Source of the DNA: a virus | Reading direction: 5' to 3' (one strand) | DNA: 46,856 nucleotides | IMG/VR virus record: IMGVR_UViG_3300016665_000380 | Location: 1 to 46,856 of that record | Part shown: positions 22,749-32,428 of the stretch, piece by piece | Layout: the number at the start of each line of letters is the position of its first letter | Numbering within the stretch: the stretch's first letter is position 1 | Program-made: the position numbers and the translations under genes | Notes under the pieces: model-generated | The model's input: only the letters and a program-made list of their open reading frames with translations | The model's database searches: none | Told to the model about the DNA's origin: nothing

Positions 22749-23716
22749 AACTGATCGTTCAGGACATCCGCTCGACCATCGCTCGCGTCATCGGCACATG
22801 TGTCGATGATCAGCGCGTTTATGATTACATCAATCAGGCGTGTCGCAGGCTCCTTCACAAGGGGCTTTGGGCGGGTGCTTACGGTCGGTTCACGATCCAC
22901 ACCGTTGGAGGGTGCATCACTTGGCCGCGACAGATCGAAACCATCGAGGCCGTAGCCGATTGCTGCGGAGTCGGAACGGTTCGCAATCAATGGTTCGAAT
23001 TTCAAGAAACCGGATATGGACTCCTCAATGGCAATCAAGTCTGCGTTGGAAAGCAGCTTATTGATCGTGGCACTGTGGTTTCTTACCGCGACATGTCTGG
23101 CGGTACTAATAGCTACCTTCGAGTCTACCCTGGTGACGCTTCGGACGTTGGCAAAACCATCACGCTGCAAGGAGTCGATCAGAACGGACAATGGATACGC
23201 ACGCAGTCCGGCGGCGCGTGGATCGACGGCGAGAAGCTGACCCTCGCGTTGCCGTACGTTCAATCCACAAAGAAGTTCACACAGCTTACCGGAGTCATCC
23301 GCGATGCGACTAACACTGTCAGCCGGTTGTACGAGTACAACGCGACATCACTGAGCGAACTCGATCTGGCCGTTTACGATCCTGACGAGACGTTGCCGCA
23401 GTATCGTCGCAGTTACTTAGCCGACCGTTGCAGCAACGAGGCCGATAAGCCGGTAACAGTCATGGCGAAGATGCGCCATATCAACGCTACGAGTCCTAAC
23501 GACTACCTCATTCCCCCGTGTCCTGACGCCATCAAACTGATGGTCATGGCGATTCGTAAGGAGGAAAACGATTTGATTCAGGAAGCAGTGGCCTACGAAG
23601 CCAAAGCCATTCAAGCTGTGCAGGAGCAGACGATGCAATACATGGGCGATGCGGTGCATACGATCCGCATGGTTGGCGTCGGATTGAACGGCGGAGGGTT
23701 CTACCAATGGTTCTGA
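22745..23716 (+). CDS. Virion structural protein (adaptor/tail candidate)
   Basis: A 323-aa ORF with a 4-nt overlap with the upstream gene, in the tail operon. No decisive motif. Confidence 0.55.
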   Translation: MKLIVQDIRSTIARVIGTCVDDQRVYDYINQACRRLLHKGLWAGAYGRFTIHTVGGCITWPRQIETIEAVADCCGVGTVRNQWFEFQETGYGLLNGNQVCVGKQLIDRGTVVSYRDMSGGTNSYLRVYPGDASDVGKTITLQGVDQNGQWIRTQSGGAWIDGEKLTLALPYVQSTKKFTQLTGVIRDATNTVSRLYEYNATSLSELDLAVYDPDETLPQYRRSYLADRCSNEADKPVTVMAKMRHINATSPNDYLIPPCPDAIKLMVMAIRKEENDLIQEAVAYEAKAIQAVQEQTMQYMGDAVHTIRMVGVGLNGGGFYQWF

Positions 23717-23732
23717 ACCAAAAGGATAACTT

Positions 23733-24563
23733 ATGATTGGAATTCCAGGCGCAATTTTGGGTGGTGCTGCGATATCTGCGGCGGGGAGCCTGCTTGGCGG
23801 ATTGTTCGGCGGAAAAAAGCCGAAGGTTCCTGAACTCAAACCGATTGATTTCGCCAAGGAACAGCAGCAGGCAATCCGGCAGAATATTGCCGCGCTTGAA
23901 CCTGCTACGGAGTTGGCCAAGCAAACGACCGCTGCCGAACAGACTCAGCTTGAGGCGCAGCTTCGTCGCGCCATTCCCGGTTACGACCAGATTGTTAAGC
24001 AGGCCGGAGAAAATATTGGTGCCGCTCTGAAAGGTGAGCTTCCGGCTGACGTGGCGCAGCAGATTCAGCGTTCGACCGCTGGCCGTGCGCTTGCTGGTGG
24101 ATTTGGCGGTGCGTCTGGATTTGGCCGTGCGCTGACTGCTCGCGACTTGGGTCTGACCAGCTTGCAGCTTCAGAATCAGGGGCTTGCTCAGGCTCAGAAC
24201 TTCATCCAGCAGCAGCGCGCGTTTGGAATGGTTCAACCGTTCTCGGTGAGTAGCATGTTCATCACTCCGGCCCAGAGGATTGGCGCGATTCAGCAACAAC
24301 AGTCGGCCATGTACGGTCGTGATTTGACTGCCGCTCAGGTTGCCGCCGCTCCTTCTCCGATGCAGCAAGCGGCTCAGACAGCTATCACTAATTTTGGCTC
24401 GATTGCTGGAGGTGCGCTTTCCCAATACGGGATGTACCAAGGATTGATGGCGCAGAATCCTGCGAATCTTTACGCGACAACGCCCGGAGGTGCGCCAAGC
24501 GTAAGCAGCACTAGGATCGATTACAGCACGGGTGAAACGGTTGCTCCTCCGTATCCAGTCTAA
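23733..24563 (+). CDS. Internal virion / ejection protein candidate
   Basis: It has a Gly-rich hydrophobic N-terminus (MIGIPGAILGGAAISAAGSLLGGLFGG) and a Gln/Ala-rich body. It is the first of three consecutive genes in the position of podovirus core proteins. Confidence 0.5.
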   Translation: MIGIPGAILGGAAISAAGSLLGGLFGGKKPKVPELKPIDFAKEQQQAIRQNIAALEPATELAKQTTAAEQTQLEAQLRRAIPGYDQIVKQAGENIGAALKGELPADVAQQIQRSTAGRALAGGFGGASGFGRALTARDLGLTSLQLQNQGLAQAQNFIQQQRAFGMVQPFSVSSMFITPAQRIGAIQQQQSAMYGRDLTAAQVAAAPSPMQQAAQTAITNFGSIAGGALSQYGMYQGLMAQNPANLYATTPGGAPSVSSTRIDYSTGETVAPPYPV

Positions 24564-24572
24564 AGGATTTCT

Positions 24573-25907
24573 ATGGCCGACCAATCTCTTCAAGCATTTC
24601 AGCTCGGTGCGTCGTTGTTCGACCGCGCGCAGACGCAACAGCGCATGATGGAGCAGATGCAGATGCAGGCTGCTGAACAAGTCATGCGCCAGCGGCAGTA
24701 CGATCTTCAGAACAAGATCCAGTCGAATGCTTATGCTCAGGCGTTGGCTGAGCAAGAAGCTCAAGCTGAGGAATTTGATACATTCCAGAAGTTCAACGAG
24801 GACATTGCCAACTATCTGAACGACCCTGAGCTGAAAGCAGCCATGCCTGCGTTGCCTCGGTTCAAGTCAAAGACGTTCAATCAAAACGCGATTCAGGCGT
24901 ATCAAGGTCTTCAGCAGTATTCTCCGCGAGCCAAAATCCTCAAGGCTCGTGAGGAGTACAACAAGATCAGGGCTGACAACATCGCCGAGATGCAGAAGCA
25001 GGGCCTCCAGATTTTCGACCCTCAAACCGGGGAGATTAATGAGCAGGTCTATCAGGAAAACCTTCCTTCCATCACACAGTTGATGAAGGAGAAGCAAACG
25101 CTCACCGGACTTTCTCAGGATATCCGTGAGGAGGTTGCGTTGCTGGACAAAAACCTTCCGCTTGAACAGCGCATTTCCGCCGCAAGGTTCAAAATCGAGG
25201 AGCGTAAGAAATCGCAAATACCTCCATCTGAACAAACGAACATGCGCTTGGCGAAGCGCGCAGTTAATGAGTACGAGCAATTGTTCGGAAAACCGGACCC
25301 TCAAACCGCTGATATCATTGAGTCAAATGCTCTGAACAAGTCTTGGAAGTTTCCTGACGGAAACGCTGAAAAGCGAATCAGCGGAGACGAAACCATCGCC
25401 AGAAAATCCGGCGAATTGGTCAAGCGTCTCGATGATTTCGAAAAGAATTACGGACCTCAGGCAATTCAGAAATACGTCGGCATTATTGATGGCCGTGTAA
25501 CCGATATCAAAAAGCGTTTGTCTGGGGCGAAGACTCAAGAAGAGAAGGACGCCTACGCGCTTTTGCAGCGGTTTCAGGACGAGTTCAATCAAGTTGCTTT
25601 TGAGCGTTCTGGCAAAGCTGTTACGACCACTGAAATGCAACGGCTGGTTGCTGCGCTTGGAAATATCAAGAGCAGCAGCTTTTCCGATGACGTTCGCAAT
25701 TTCGCGTCGATGGCTGCTGAGGATTTGTACGGAACCATTCGGTCGTTCAAGGAACAGTATCGAATCAGACCGGAACAGGTTAAGTTGGCCAACGAGCTTG
25801 TTGACCGATTCAAGTTGCCGCTTACACCGTTTGGCCAGCAGCAAGCGCAGGCGGCTCCGGCTGTGAATCGTGTCGGTCGTTTTGAAATAGAGATTGAAGG
25901 ACAATAA
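24573..25907 (+). CDS. Internal virion / ejection protein candidate (coiled-coil rich)
   Basis: 444 aa with a Gln/Glu/Lys-rich helical composition. AAGGA RBS. Confidence 0.5.
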   Translation: MADQSLQAFQLGASLFDRAQTQQRMMEQMQMQAAEQVMRQRQYDLQNKIQSNAYAQALAEQEAQAEEFDTFQKFNEDIANYLNDPELKAAMPALPRFKSKTFNQNAIQAYQGLQQYSPRAKILKAREEYNKIRADNIAEMQKQGLQIFDPQTGEINEQVYQENLPSITQLMKEKQTLTGLSQDIREEVALLDKNLPLEQRISAARFKIEERKKSQIPPSEQTNMRLAKRAVNEYEQLFGKPDPQTADIIESNALNKSWKFPDGNAEKRISGDETIARKSGELVKRLDDFEKNYGPQAIQKYVGIIDGRVTDIKKRLSGAKTQEEKDAYALLQRFQDEFNQVAFERSGKAVTTTEMQRLVAALGNIKSSSFSDDVRNFASMAAEDLYGTIRSFKEQYRIRPEQVKLANELVDRFKLPLTPFGQQQAQAAPAVNRVGRFEIEIEGQ

Positions 25908-28900
25908 TGCCAACCTATCGAATTAAAGATCCTTCGACCGGAAGAACTATTCGTCTTACCGGAGACAGCCCACCTACCGAGCAAGAGCTTGAAGAGGTGT
26001 TTAAGTCGGTCGGTCAGCAACAACCTGCCGCGCCTGCCACGATTGCAGAAATGCGTCGTCGCGAGGAGCAGGGTCGTGTGGCTTCGATTCCCCAAGTCGA
26101 AGCTGCCGCCGCTGTCGGTTCGACTGCTCAGTTGAATCAGGCGGTGCAGGATGCGAGCAAGGTTGGAATGATGGAGCGGTTTGTTGGGACGATGGGACAG
26201 CTTGGAGAACCTGTCGGAATGCTTTCTCCAATGGAAGGTGGGCGTATTGCTCCTTCTGGACAATTTACTCCGCTTGGTGCAGCAGAAGCTCGCGGAATGC
26301 GACGAGGCGCAGCTCTTGGAGCGGCGATGATTCCATCTGCTCTTGCAGCTCCGTTTACCGCAGGAATGACCCTTCCTGCTGCAATGGCCGTTGAATCTGG
26401 CGTCAGCTTGGCTTCACAGGCTTTGTCTCAAACAATTTCACCTGAGCCATACAAGGCTGGAGAACTCGTCGCATCGGCAGTCCCAGGGGTTCCCGTTGCA
26501 CAGCGCGCAACCAAACTCGGTCAGTTTGGCCGTGAGCTTGTTTCTGGAGCGGCAACCTCTGGCGCACAAGCTGGCATTGAAGCGGCGTTTGGCGATGACA
26601 CTGAGCTTACGGATGTCCTTCTCAGAACCGGAATCGGAGGATTTTTGAGTCCTGCTGCAAGCGTTACGTTCAGGGGAATTGGTGCCGTAGCGCGCGCCAA
26701 GGGAATCAATCCGAGACAAGTTGCCGCCGAATTCCAAAGGCCGTTTACGCAGCAGTTCATCCAGGACAGAGCGACTGAAATCTCAAAAGAACTTGAGAGG
26801 CAGGGAGCCGCAGGACTCGCTGCGTCTTCTGCTGATCAGATTGCTCGTACACTGTACTCGCCAAACTCTGGCCTGAATCCGCAGCAGTTTTCGGATCAGA
26901 TCAAACAAGTCGTTTCAAACGCTTTCAACCAAGGCCGTTCGTCTGGACTGTCTCAGGATGAACTTGCCTCTGCCATCAAGGCGGAGCTTGGAAAAGCGGT
27001 GCAAGGCGCAGAGCAGCGCGCTGGAGATGCTGTTGATGAATTCGTCAGGCAAACGCAGCAACTGACCGATAGAGCCACGAATATCGCCGACAAGAAGTTG
27101 GCCAGCCGTGATGCTCGTCTGACCAACCTTCTTCGCTCTGTTGAAGGTCGTGTCGGCGTTGAATCGCAGCAGATTCAAGATCAGATCGATTTGCTTCAGC
27201 GGCAGAAAGCTGCGCTTCCAGTCGAATCCGCTGAACGTCAGCGAATCGATTCCGAAATCTCCAACCTCAATCAGCAGGTTCAAGACATTGAGGCCGGACG
27301 TGTTGCCGGGTTTGGCCCCGCTGCCGGAATAACCAAAGAGCAGCTTGGCCTACAAGTCCAAGAGGTTGCCCAGCAAGAACTCGATGCATTTAAGAAGCAG
27401 CGAGAGCAAGGGTACTCGAAGCTGAGGCCGGAGCTTGAACAGGCAAAAGTTTCTGTGACTGAGGTTTCTCCAGATGGAGAAGAAGTCACCAAGGAGTACA
27501 CGGTCAACCAGTTGCGCGACAAGCGTACGAAAATTCTTCGTGCAATCGATTTCAACAAGCCTGTTCAGAAAGCCGATTATTCGGTCTTCCAAAAGCTCGA
27601 CGAGGTAAACTCGCAAATCGATCAAGCACTTGAATCGAACCCTGCGCTTAAGACCGCGCTTCAGGACGAGAACCGCCTTTACCGAGAAGGAATCTCCAGG
27701 TTCAAAGGCTTCTTTGCCGACAAGATCCTCCGCGAAGCTGGAGAGGCTGGCGGCATGCCGGGAATCGTTGGAACCATCTCTGGCGCAAGCGGCGCACAGA
27801 ATCTGAAGCTGCTCCAGAACCTGCTTGGGAACAGGTACGAGGAAGTTAAGCCGAACCTTCGCCAGTACGTTTACACTCAGATTCGAGGAAACAACCCGAA
27901 TCAGTTTCTCGAAACCATCGCCAAGGGCCAGGGAGGCTCTGGCACCGGGATTCAAAAAGAAGTCATTGATGAGCTGTTTCCAGACCTCAGCGAAATCAAT
28001 GAGGTGGCCAGCAAGTACAACACGCTCATCAACCAGCGTTCAAAGCTGGAGTCCGATGCGAGAAAGCTGAAGTCGCAGATCGACGATCTGACAAAGCAGG
28101 TCGATGAAGGCGTTGCTGGTGCTGAGGCTCGTCGCGCCGCGCTGCAAAAACAGCTCGATTCATCTACCGCCGCAATCTCCTCGCTGAAGGCGAAGAATGT
28201 TAGCGAGCGAGAGAATCAAATCATCGAGTCGCTTGGAAAGGTCAAAGCGGCTGTGGACAAAGCTGGGTCATCCAAGCGTGATGCCCTTGATGGATTCCAG
28301 CTCGATCAGATCGTCAAGAATCTTTCAACAGATACCGGCGTCCCTCTTTACAAGGCGTTGGAGGAAGCTGTTACGACAACTGAAGCTGCTCGCGACAGAT
28401 TCTTTGGCGTCGTCAAAAAGGCACTCGCCCCAGGTGGACAGCTTGAGAATTTTCAGCCGTCCAACCTTGTCGATTTCCTGATGTCCAAAGGCGACGAGGC
28501 TTCAAACTACAGAAGCCAGCGTTTCCTCAAGACCGTTGGAGAAAGTCGGCCAGACCTCGTTGCTGATGCCCAGAATCTGCTGATCGGACGAATCATCGCT
28601 GAGTCTGTCGATGGAAACAAAATCGACACCAAGAAGATGGCGAGTCTTGTTGGCACCAAAGACGCCCCTGGCCGGTATTACGGCGTTACGCAGGGGCTTC
28701 TTGGAAGTGGCGGCGTCGAAAAGATGAATCGAATCGCTCAACAATTGAGCGAGGTTTCTGATCTTGGTAAGCCGAGTGTTTTTTCGAGCATGATAGCTCC
28801 CGCAATAGCTGGTGGCATTGGCTATCAGTTGTACGGCCCGATTGGCCTTGGAACTGGTCTTGGTGGATACGCTGCGTATTCCACGATGAGAAAGGGAATC

Positions 28901-29083
28901 GAGGAAGGCGTTCAGGCGGCTATCGGAAGAATCGTCAAAACTCCAGAGTACCTCGACATTGTTTCGAAACCGATTGATGCGGCAACGAAAGGTCAGATTG
29001 ACCGTTTTGAACGCTTGTGGCCTCGCATCCTGAAACTCGAACAGGATCGTTTTCAGATGAACAAAGAGGAAGCTCCCCAATGA
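25907..29083 (+). CDS. Large internal virion / DNA-ejection protein candidate
   Basis: At 1058 aa it is the largest ORF of the block, with long helical Ala/Gln/Glu-rich regions and a Gly-rich hydrophobic segment near the C-terminus (IAPAIAGGIGYQLYGPIGLGTGLGGYAAY). No lysozyme or transglycosylase motif was seen. Confidence 0.55.
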   Translation: MPTYRIKDPSTGRTIRLTGDSPPTEQELEEVFKSVGQQQPAAPATIAEMRRREEQGRVASIPQVEAAAAVGSTAQLNQAVQDASKVGMMERFVGTMGQLGEPVGMLSPMEGGRIAPSGQFTPLGAAEARGMRRGAALGAAMIPSALAAPFTAGMTLPAAMAVESGVSLASQALSQTISPEPYKAGELVASAVPGVPVAQRATKLGQFGRELVSGAATSGAQAGIEAAFGDDTELTDVLLRTGIGGFLSPAASVTFRGIGAVARAKGINPRQVAAEFQRPFTQQFIQDRATEISKELERQGAAGLAASSADQIARTLYSPNSGLNPQQFSDQIKQVVSNAFNQGRSSGLSQDELASAIKAELGKAVQGAEQRAGDAVDEFVRQTQQLTDRATNIADKKLASRDARLTNLLRSVEGRVGVESQQIQDQIDLLQRQKAALPVESAERQRIDSEISNLNQQVQDIEAGRVAGFGPAAGITKEQLGLQVQEVAQQELDAFKKQREQGYSKLRPELEQAKVSVTEVSPDGEEVTKEYTVNQLRDKRTKILRAIDFNKPVQKADYSVFQKLDEVNSQIDQALESNPALKTALQDENRLYREGISRFKGFFADKILREAGEAGGMPGIVGTISGASGAQNLKLLQNLLGNRYEEVKPNLRQYVYTQIRGNNPNQFLETIAKGQGGSGTGIQKEVIDELFPDLSEINEVASKYNTLINQRSKLESDARKLKSQIDDLTKQVDEGVAGAEARRAALQKQLDSSTAAISSLKAKNVSERENQIIESLGKVKAAVDKAGSSKRDALDGFQLDQIVKNLSTDTGVPLYKALEEAVTTTEAARDRFFGVVKKALAPGGQLENFQPSNLVDFLMSKGDEASNYRSQRFLKTVGESRPDLVADAQNLLIGRIIAESVDGNKIDTKKMASLVGTKDAPGRYYGVTQGLLGSGGVEKMNRIAQQLSEVSDLGKPSVFSSMIAPAIAGGIGYQLYGPIGLGTGLGGYAAYSTMRKGIEEGVQAAIGRIVKTPEYLDIVSKPIDAATKGQIDRFERLWPRILKLEQDRFQMNKEEAPQ

Positions 29084-29349
29084 AAACCTCTCTCTCCAAG
29101 AAAGGTAACGTCTACCAGGGCAAGAAGGTGACGTTGAACAAGCCGTTCTACACTCCGGGCGAGCGGAAGAAGAGTGCTGTCTACGTCAAGAACGCCAAAG
29201 GCAACGTCATCAAGGTTCGCTTCGGCGACCCGAATATGGAAATCAAGCGCGACAATCCTGAGCGTCGGAAGAACTTCCGTGCGCGGCATAACTGCGCTGC
29301 TGCTCACGATAAGACGACGGCCAAGTATTGGTCGTGCAAAGCGTGGTAA
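29080..29349 (+). CDS. Conserved small basic phage protein (89 aa)
   Basis: The ATG at 29080 forms an ATGA overlap with the upstream stop. The string FGDPNMEIKRDNPERRKNFRARHNC...KYWSCKAW is one I recognise as widespread in phage genomes. Function unknown. Confidence 0.7.
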   Translation: MKTSLSKKGNVYQGKKVTLNKPFYTPGERKKSAVYVKNAKGNVIKVRFGDPNMEIKRDNPERRKNFRARHNCAAAHDKTTAKYWSCKAW

Positions 29350-29379
29350 TTTAGTCGGTAAAAATTAACTCTAATCGAT

Positions 29380-29571
29380 ATGGACAAGATGCGACTCGGT
29401 GGTGGCGGACGTTATGAGAAGCTCGTTGGAGAGCTTGAAAAGAAAGGCGTGAAAGACCCCGGTGCTTTGGCGGCATACATTGGCCGCAAGAAGCTCGGCA
29501 AGGCGAAGTTCCAATCGCTCGCCGCGAAAGGTCGTCGCCGCGCGTTGCGCGAAAAGGCTAGTGCCGCTTAG
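29380..29571 (+). CDS. Conserved small basic protein (63 aa)
   Basis: GGGGRYEKLVGELEKKGVKDPGALAAYIGRKKLGKAKFQSLAAKGRR resembles a common small phage/bacterial protein. Its 3' end overlaps the convergent primase-helicase gene by 14 nt. Confidence 0.6.
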   Translation: MDKMRLGGGGRYEKLVGELEKKGVKDPGALAAYIGRKKLGKAKFQSLAAKGRRRALREKASAA

Positions 29572-31375
29572 TCTTCCCGCTCCACGGCTTCTTTGACGAA
29601 GCCTTATCGACGACGAACTTCTCTGGTTCTGCGTAGTTCCACGAGATAGTTCCGACACCGCGCTGGATGAAGATGGAGCCGGTTTTATTCCGGTCTTTGT
29701 CGATCATTCCAGCGCGGTCTGCTCTCTTGGCCATGCCGAGCATGAAGCGGCGAGGATTGTTGAATCCAACCTCCTTCATCACGATTACTTCTCTCGCCCA
29801 GTTCGTCAGGTCGGAACTTCCGAATCCTGAGTAGGCCATATCTGCCACGCTCTGCGGCTGATCGTCCTTGCCCTTCGGCTTCGGGAAGTGGTGGACGAGT
29901 ACGAGGACAACGCCTGTCTCCATCATGATCGGCTGGAGCATATGGCGCGTGAAGTTAGAGCATGTCTCAATGTCCGCTGGGTTTCCGCCCATGTAGGAGA
30001 GCAGAGGGTCGATGTAGACCAGATCCGCTTTCGTCTTGCGAACAAGCCTCCGCAGCATCGTCGCGAAATCCGCTCCGGTACGCACCGTCTCGCGGAAGAA
30101 TAGCATCCCGGCTTGCCGCAGACCTTCCTGCCAGCCGTACTGACCAAACACGGACATCGCTGCTCCCTTCAGGCTGTCATGCTGATCAGCAATGTCGTTC
30201 TCCGCTTGGATGTACGCTATCTTCAGAGGACGCACAGGAGTCACTCCGAACCATGCTGCTCCTCTCGCCCAGCAAAGCCCCTGGTAGAACGCCATCGAAC
30301 TTTTGCCGCATCCGCTCTGACCAACGAATAGAAGCGATGAACCGCGACGAATCCATCTGTCTCCGATCAGGTTGTCAGGATCGTTCAGCGGATCGTAGCT
30401 GATGATGCTCTCAAGCGTGAACTCCTGAGGCATGTCCTGCGACTCAAGGTAGTCCGTAAACGCTTCCCAGTTAACCGCACCGACATTGATGGCCAACAGC
30501 TTCTGCTCATTGCCATCGCGCATCACACCAGCAAGGCGAGAGAACCTGCTCGCGTTCTTGTTCTTCGGATCGATGCCCATCGCCTCCAGATGCCGGTAGA
30601 CGATGTCTCTTCGCTCCGCCCATTCCTCCTTGTTTGCTGCATCAACTCTGACCCATCCATGCAGACTCTTGCCGCCGGAATCGATGACTACAGACATCGG
30701 CAGCTTGGATTCCTTTAGGATCGTCCACTGCTCGTCCTTGGTCTTCTCGTCCATCTCGACCAGCACATGACGGAATGCTGCCACGCCATGATCTGAGCCG
30801 CTTTCATCGAGACACGGATTGACGCGAACGTATGCGCCACGGCTCTCTTTGCTCGTCCACATGCTGCTGACGGGAGGCGTGAAATGTTTCTCAATCCACT
30901 CATCGCGCTTAAGAAACGTACCCTTGGATGCCGGCCTACATTTTCCCTCGTCGTCGCTGATGATGTCGTTGCAGATGCAGACAATCTCATCCTTCTCAAA
31001 ACATGCCTTGAGGAAGTCGATGGTCGTCAGCTTCGCCTCTGGCTGTGGCAGAGGCTGGATCTTCTGCACGATGAATTTGCCGGTCGAGGAAACCGGAGTT
31101 CCACTTTGAGCGGTCAGAAGCCACCCCTTTGGCTTATCGTGCGGCACCCTCAATGCCTCGTTGATCTTGTGGGCCAGTTCGTGGGGTTTCCACGGCGGAA
31201 CGCATGACGCATTCCATTCGGAAATCAGCGTCAGCGCATCGTTCTGGGGCAGTTCAAAGCCGTGAACGAGAGCGGTGGCTACAGCGAATGTTGCGGGATG
31301 ACCTCCCTGACCGCTGATTGCGCCGGGGGTATTACGAAGCCACGCCCTTGCGCGGTCGATTACGGATTGATTCAT
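29558..31375 (-). CDS. Primase-helicase fusion (AEP prim-pol domain + RepA/AAA_25-type NTPase)
   Basis: AEP motifs VLVEMDE and DSGGKSLHGWVRV. Walker A (FVGQSGCGKSS) and Walker B (DLVYIDPL). 605 aa. Confidence 0.85.
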   Translation of the reverse strand: MNQSVIDRARAWLRNTPGAISGQGGHPATFAVATALVHGFELPQNDALTLISEWNASCVPPWKPHELAHKINEALRVPHDKPKGWLLTAQSGTPVSSTGKFIVQKIQPLPQPEAKLTTIDFLKACFEKDEIVCICNDIISDDEGKCRPASKGTFLKRDEWIEKHFTPPVSSMWTSKESRGAYVRVNPCLDESGSDHGVAAFRHVLVEMDEKTKDEQWTILKESKLPMSVVIDSGGKSLHGWVRVDAANKEEWAERRDIVYRHLEAMGIDPKNKNASRFSRLAGVMRDGNEQKLLAINVGAVNWEAFTDYLESQDMPQEFTLESIISYDPLNDPDNLIGDRWIRRGSSLLFVGQSGCGKSSMAFYQGLCWARGAAWFGVTPVRPLKIAYIQAENDIADQHDSLKGAAMSVFGQYGWQEGLRQAGMLFFRETVRTGADFATMLRRLVRKTKADLVYIDPLLSYMGGNPADIETCSNFTRHMLQPIMMETGVVLVLVHHFPKPKGKDDQPQSVADMAYSGFGSSDLTNWAREVIVMKEVGFNNPRRFMLGMAKRADRAGMIDKDRNKTGSIFIQRGVGTISWNYAEPEKFVVDKASSKKPWSGKTKRH

Positions 31376-31596
31376 TGGATTCCAAGTTGTTTACGCGCGA
31401 GTTCTCCAGACTTGCCAAGGTCAGTCCTCCCAATTTCTTGGAGAACTGAATTTGATTTCTCTAATTTCTGAAAAAGGAGAGCAAGCTCTTTGGGAGTCAT
31501 CAGGTATTTGCTCCAATGTTTGATGTGAATGGAGCGAGACTGAAACTTCGCAAAGAGCTGCTCTTGTGCTGCGATGTAAAGATCAGGACTTCGCAT
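31372..31596 (-). CDS. Hypothetical protein
   Basis: ORF track. Its stop overlaps the primase start (ATGA). An alternative ATG is at 31500. Confidence 0.55.
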   Translation of the reverse strand: MRSPDLYIAAQEQLFAKFQSRSIHIKHWSKYLMTPKELALLFQKLEKSNSVLQEIGRTDLGKSGELARKQLGIQ

Positions 31597-31786
31597 CGTC
31601 CTTCATCGGAACGAACTTCGCTTTGAATTCGGCTTTCGTTCGAATGTAGAGCTTGGCTTTGCCCTCGCGGACATAGGCCACGCCGGACCATTTGGTTTCT
31701 CCGATTCGTATCTCTACGTCATCGGAAATCACTTCAACCTGCACCGAGCTGTTTCCTGAGTTCTTGTATTTCATCTTCGGAGGCAT
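31583..31786 (-). CDS. Hypothetical protein
   Basis: ORF track. Alternative ATG at 31774. It overlaps the upstream ORF by 41-53 nt, so one of the two calls may be wrong. Confidence 0.5.
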   Translation of the reverse strand: MPPKMKYKNSGNSSVQVEVISDDVEIRIGETKWSGVAYVREGKAKLYIRTKAEFKAKFVPMKDDAKS

Positions 31787-31937
31787 CGTCTAGGTGGCCA
31801 AATCCAGAAGCATGCCACGGGACATCCGTGCGTTTCATCTGCTTCTTCGGTTTGCTCATCCACCCGCGAAGTATGGCATACTCCACGAGGCTAGGAGCCT
31901 CCTTCAACAGTTGTTCTCGCGTGATTTCAGATTTCAT
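31734..31937 (-). CDS. Hypothetical protein
   Basis: Track ORF 31734..32015. The ATG at 31937 (MKSEITREQLL) minimises overlap with 31927..32124. Confidence 0.45.
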   Translation of the reverse strand: MKSEITREQLLKEAPSLVEYAILRGWMSKPKKQMKRTDVPWHASGFGHLDDASEDEIQELRKQLGAG

Positions 31938-32124
31938 CGGGTATGGTGCGTTTTCCGCGACGACCGTTGGATCGGCGCATTCCAAGTTCGTTTCCTTCTT
32001 CGGAGGCGAATCCACGACGGATCAGCCATTCCTTGTACTTTTTGTCGATGTAAGCGAAATCGATTTTCGGGGTTGATTCATCGGCTTCGGCAACGCGAAT
32101 TGTAGGCTTGTTGTTGACGTTCAT
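31927..32124 (-). CDS. Hypothetical protein
   Basis: ORF track. ATGA overlap with the upstream stop at 32121. Confidence 0.5.
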   Translation of the reverse strand: MNVNNKPTIRVAEADESTPKIDFAYIDKKYKEWLIRRGFASEEGNELGMRRSNGRRGKRTIPDEI

Positions 32125-32315
32125 TTGTAGACTTGAGTGATGTGGTTGTGGTGTTTGTCAGCTTGGGAACAGTTCCAGCAAAGCTCTTCCAGCTTGCCGC
32201 AACCGCACCCGAGAGTCTTGTGGAGGACGTTGGCCAACCAACGCAGTTCTTCGATTGCGCCACGCAGTTCCTCGACGTTCGTCTCCTCGGAGAGCGGCTT
32301 TGATTTCTCGCTCAT
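32121..32315 (-). CDS. Hypothetical Cys-containing small protein
   Basis: ORF track. It contains CGCGKLEELCWNC. ATGA overlaps on both sides. Confidence 0.6.
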   Translation of the reverse strand: MSEKSKPLSEETNVEELRGAIEELRWLANVLHKTLGCGCGKLEELCWNCSQADKHHNHITQVYK

Positions 32316-32428
32316 AGGACGAACAGGAGGAAGTATGCGCTGGTGATGACAACACCCATCGCGAATGCCGCAATGAGTAGATTCTTAACCTCCTCAGGAG
32401 AAGGTGGCCGACTTCCTCGGATGATCAT
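32312..32428 (-). CDS. Possible 38-aa membrane peptide
   Basis: Hand-translated: MIIRGSRPPSPEEVKNLLIAAFAMGVVITSAYFLLFVL. It links two genes by ATGA overlaps at both ends (32425-32428 and 32312-32315). Confidence 0.4.
   Translation of the reverse strand: MIIRGSRPPSPEEVKNLLIAAFAMGVVITSAYFLLFVL

Noticed and set aside
23544-24764. 406-aa minus-strand ORF opposite the internal-virion-protein genes
   Set aside because: It spans two separate plus-strand genes and their RBS. Its composition is Arg/Leu/Ser-rich, and it has no start context or motif. It is a shadow ORF.
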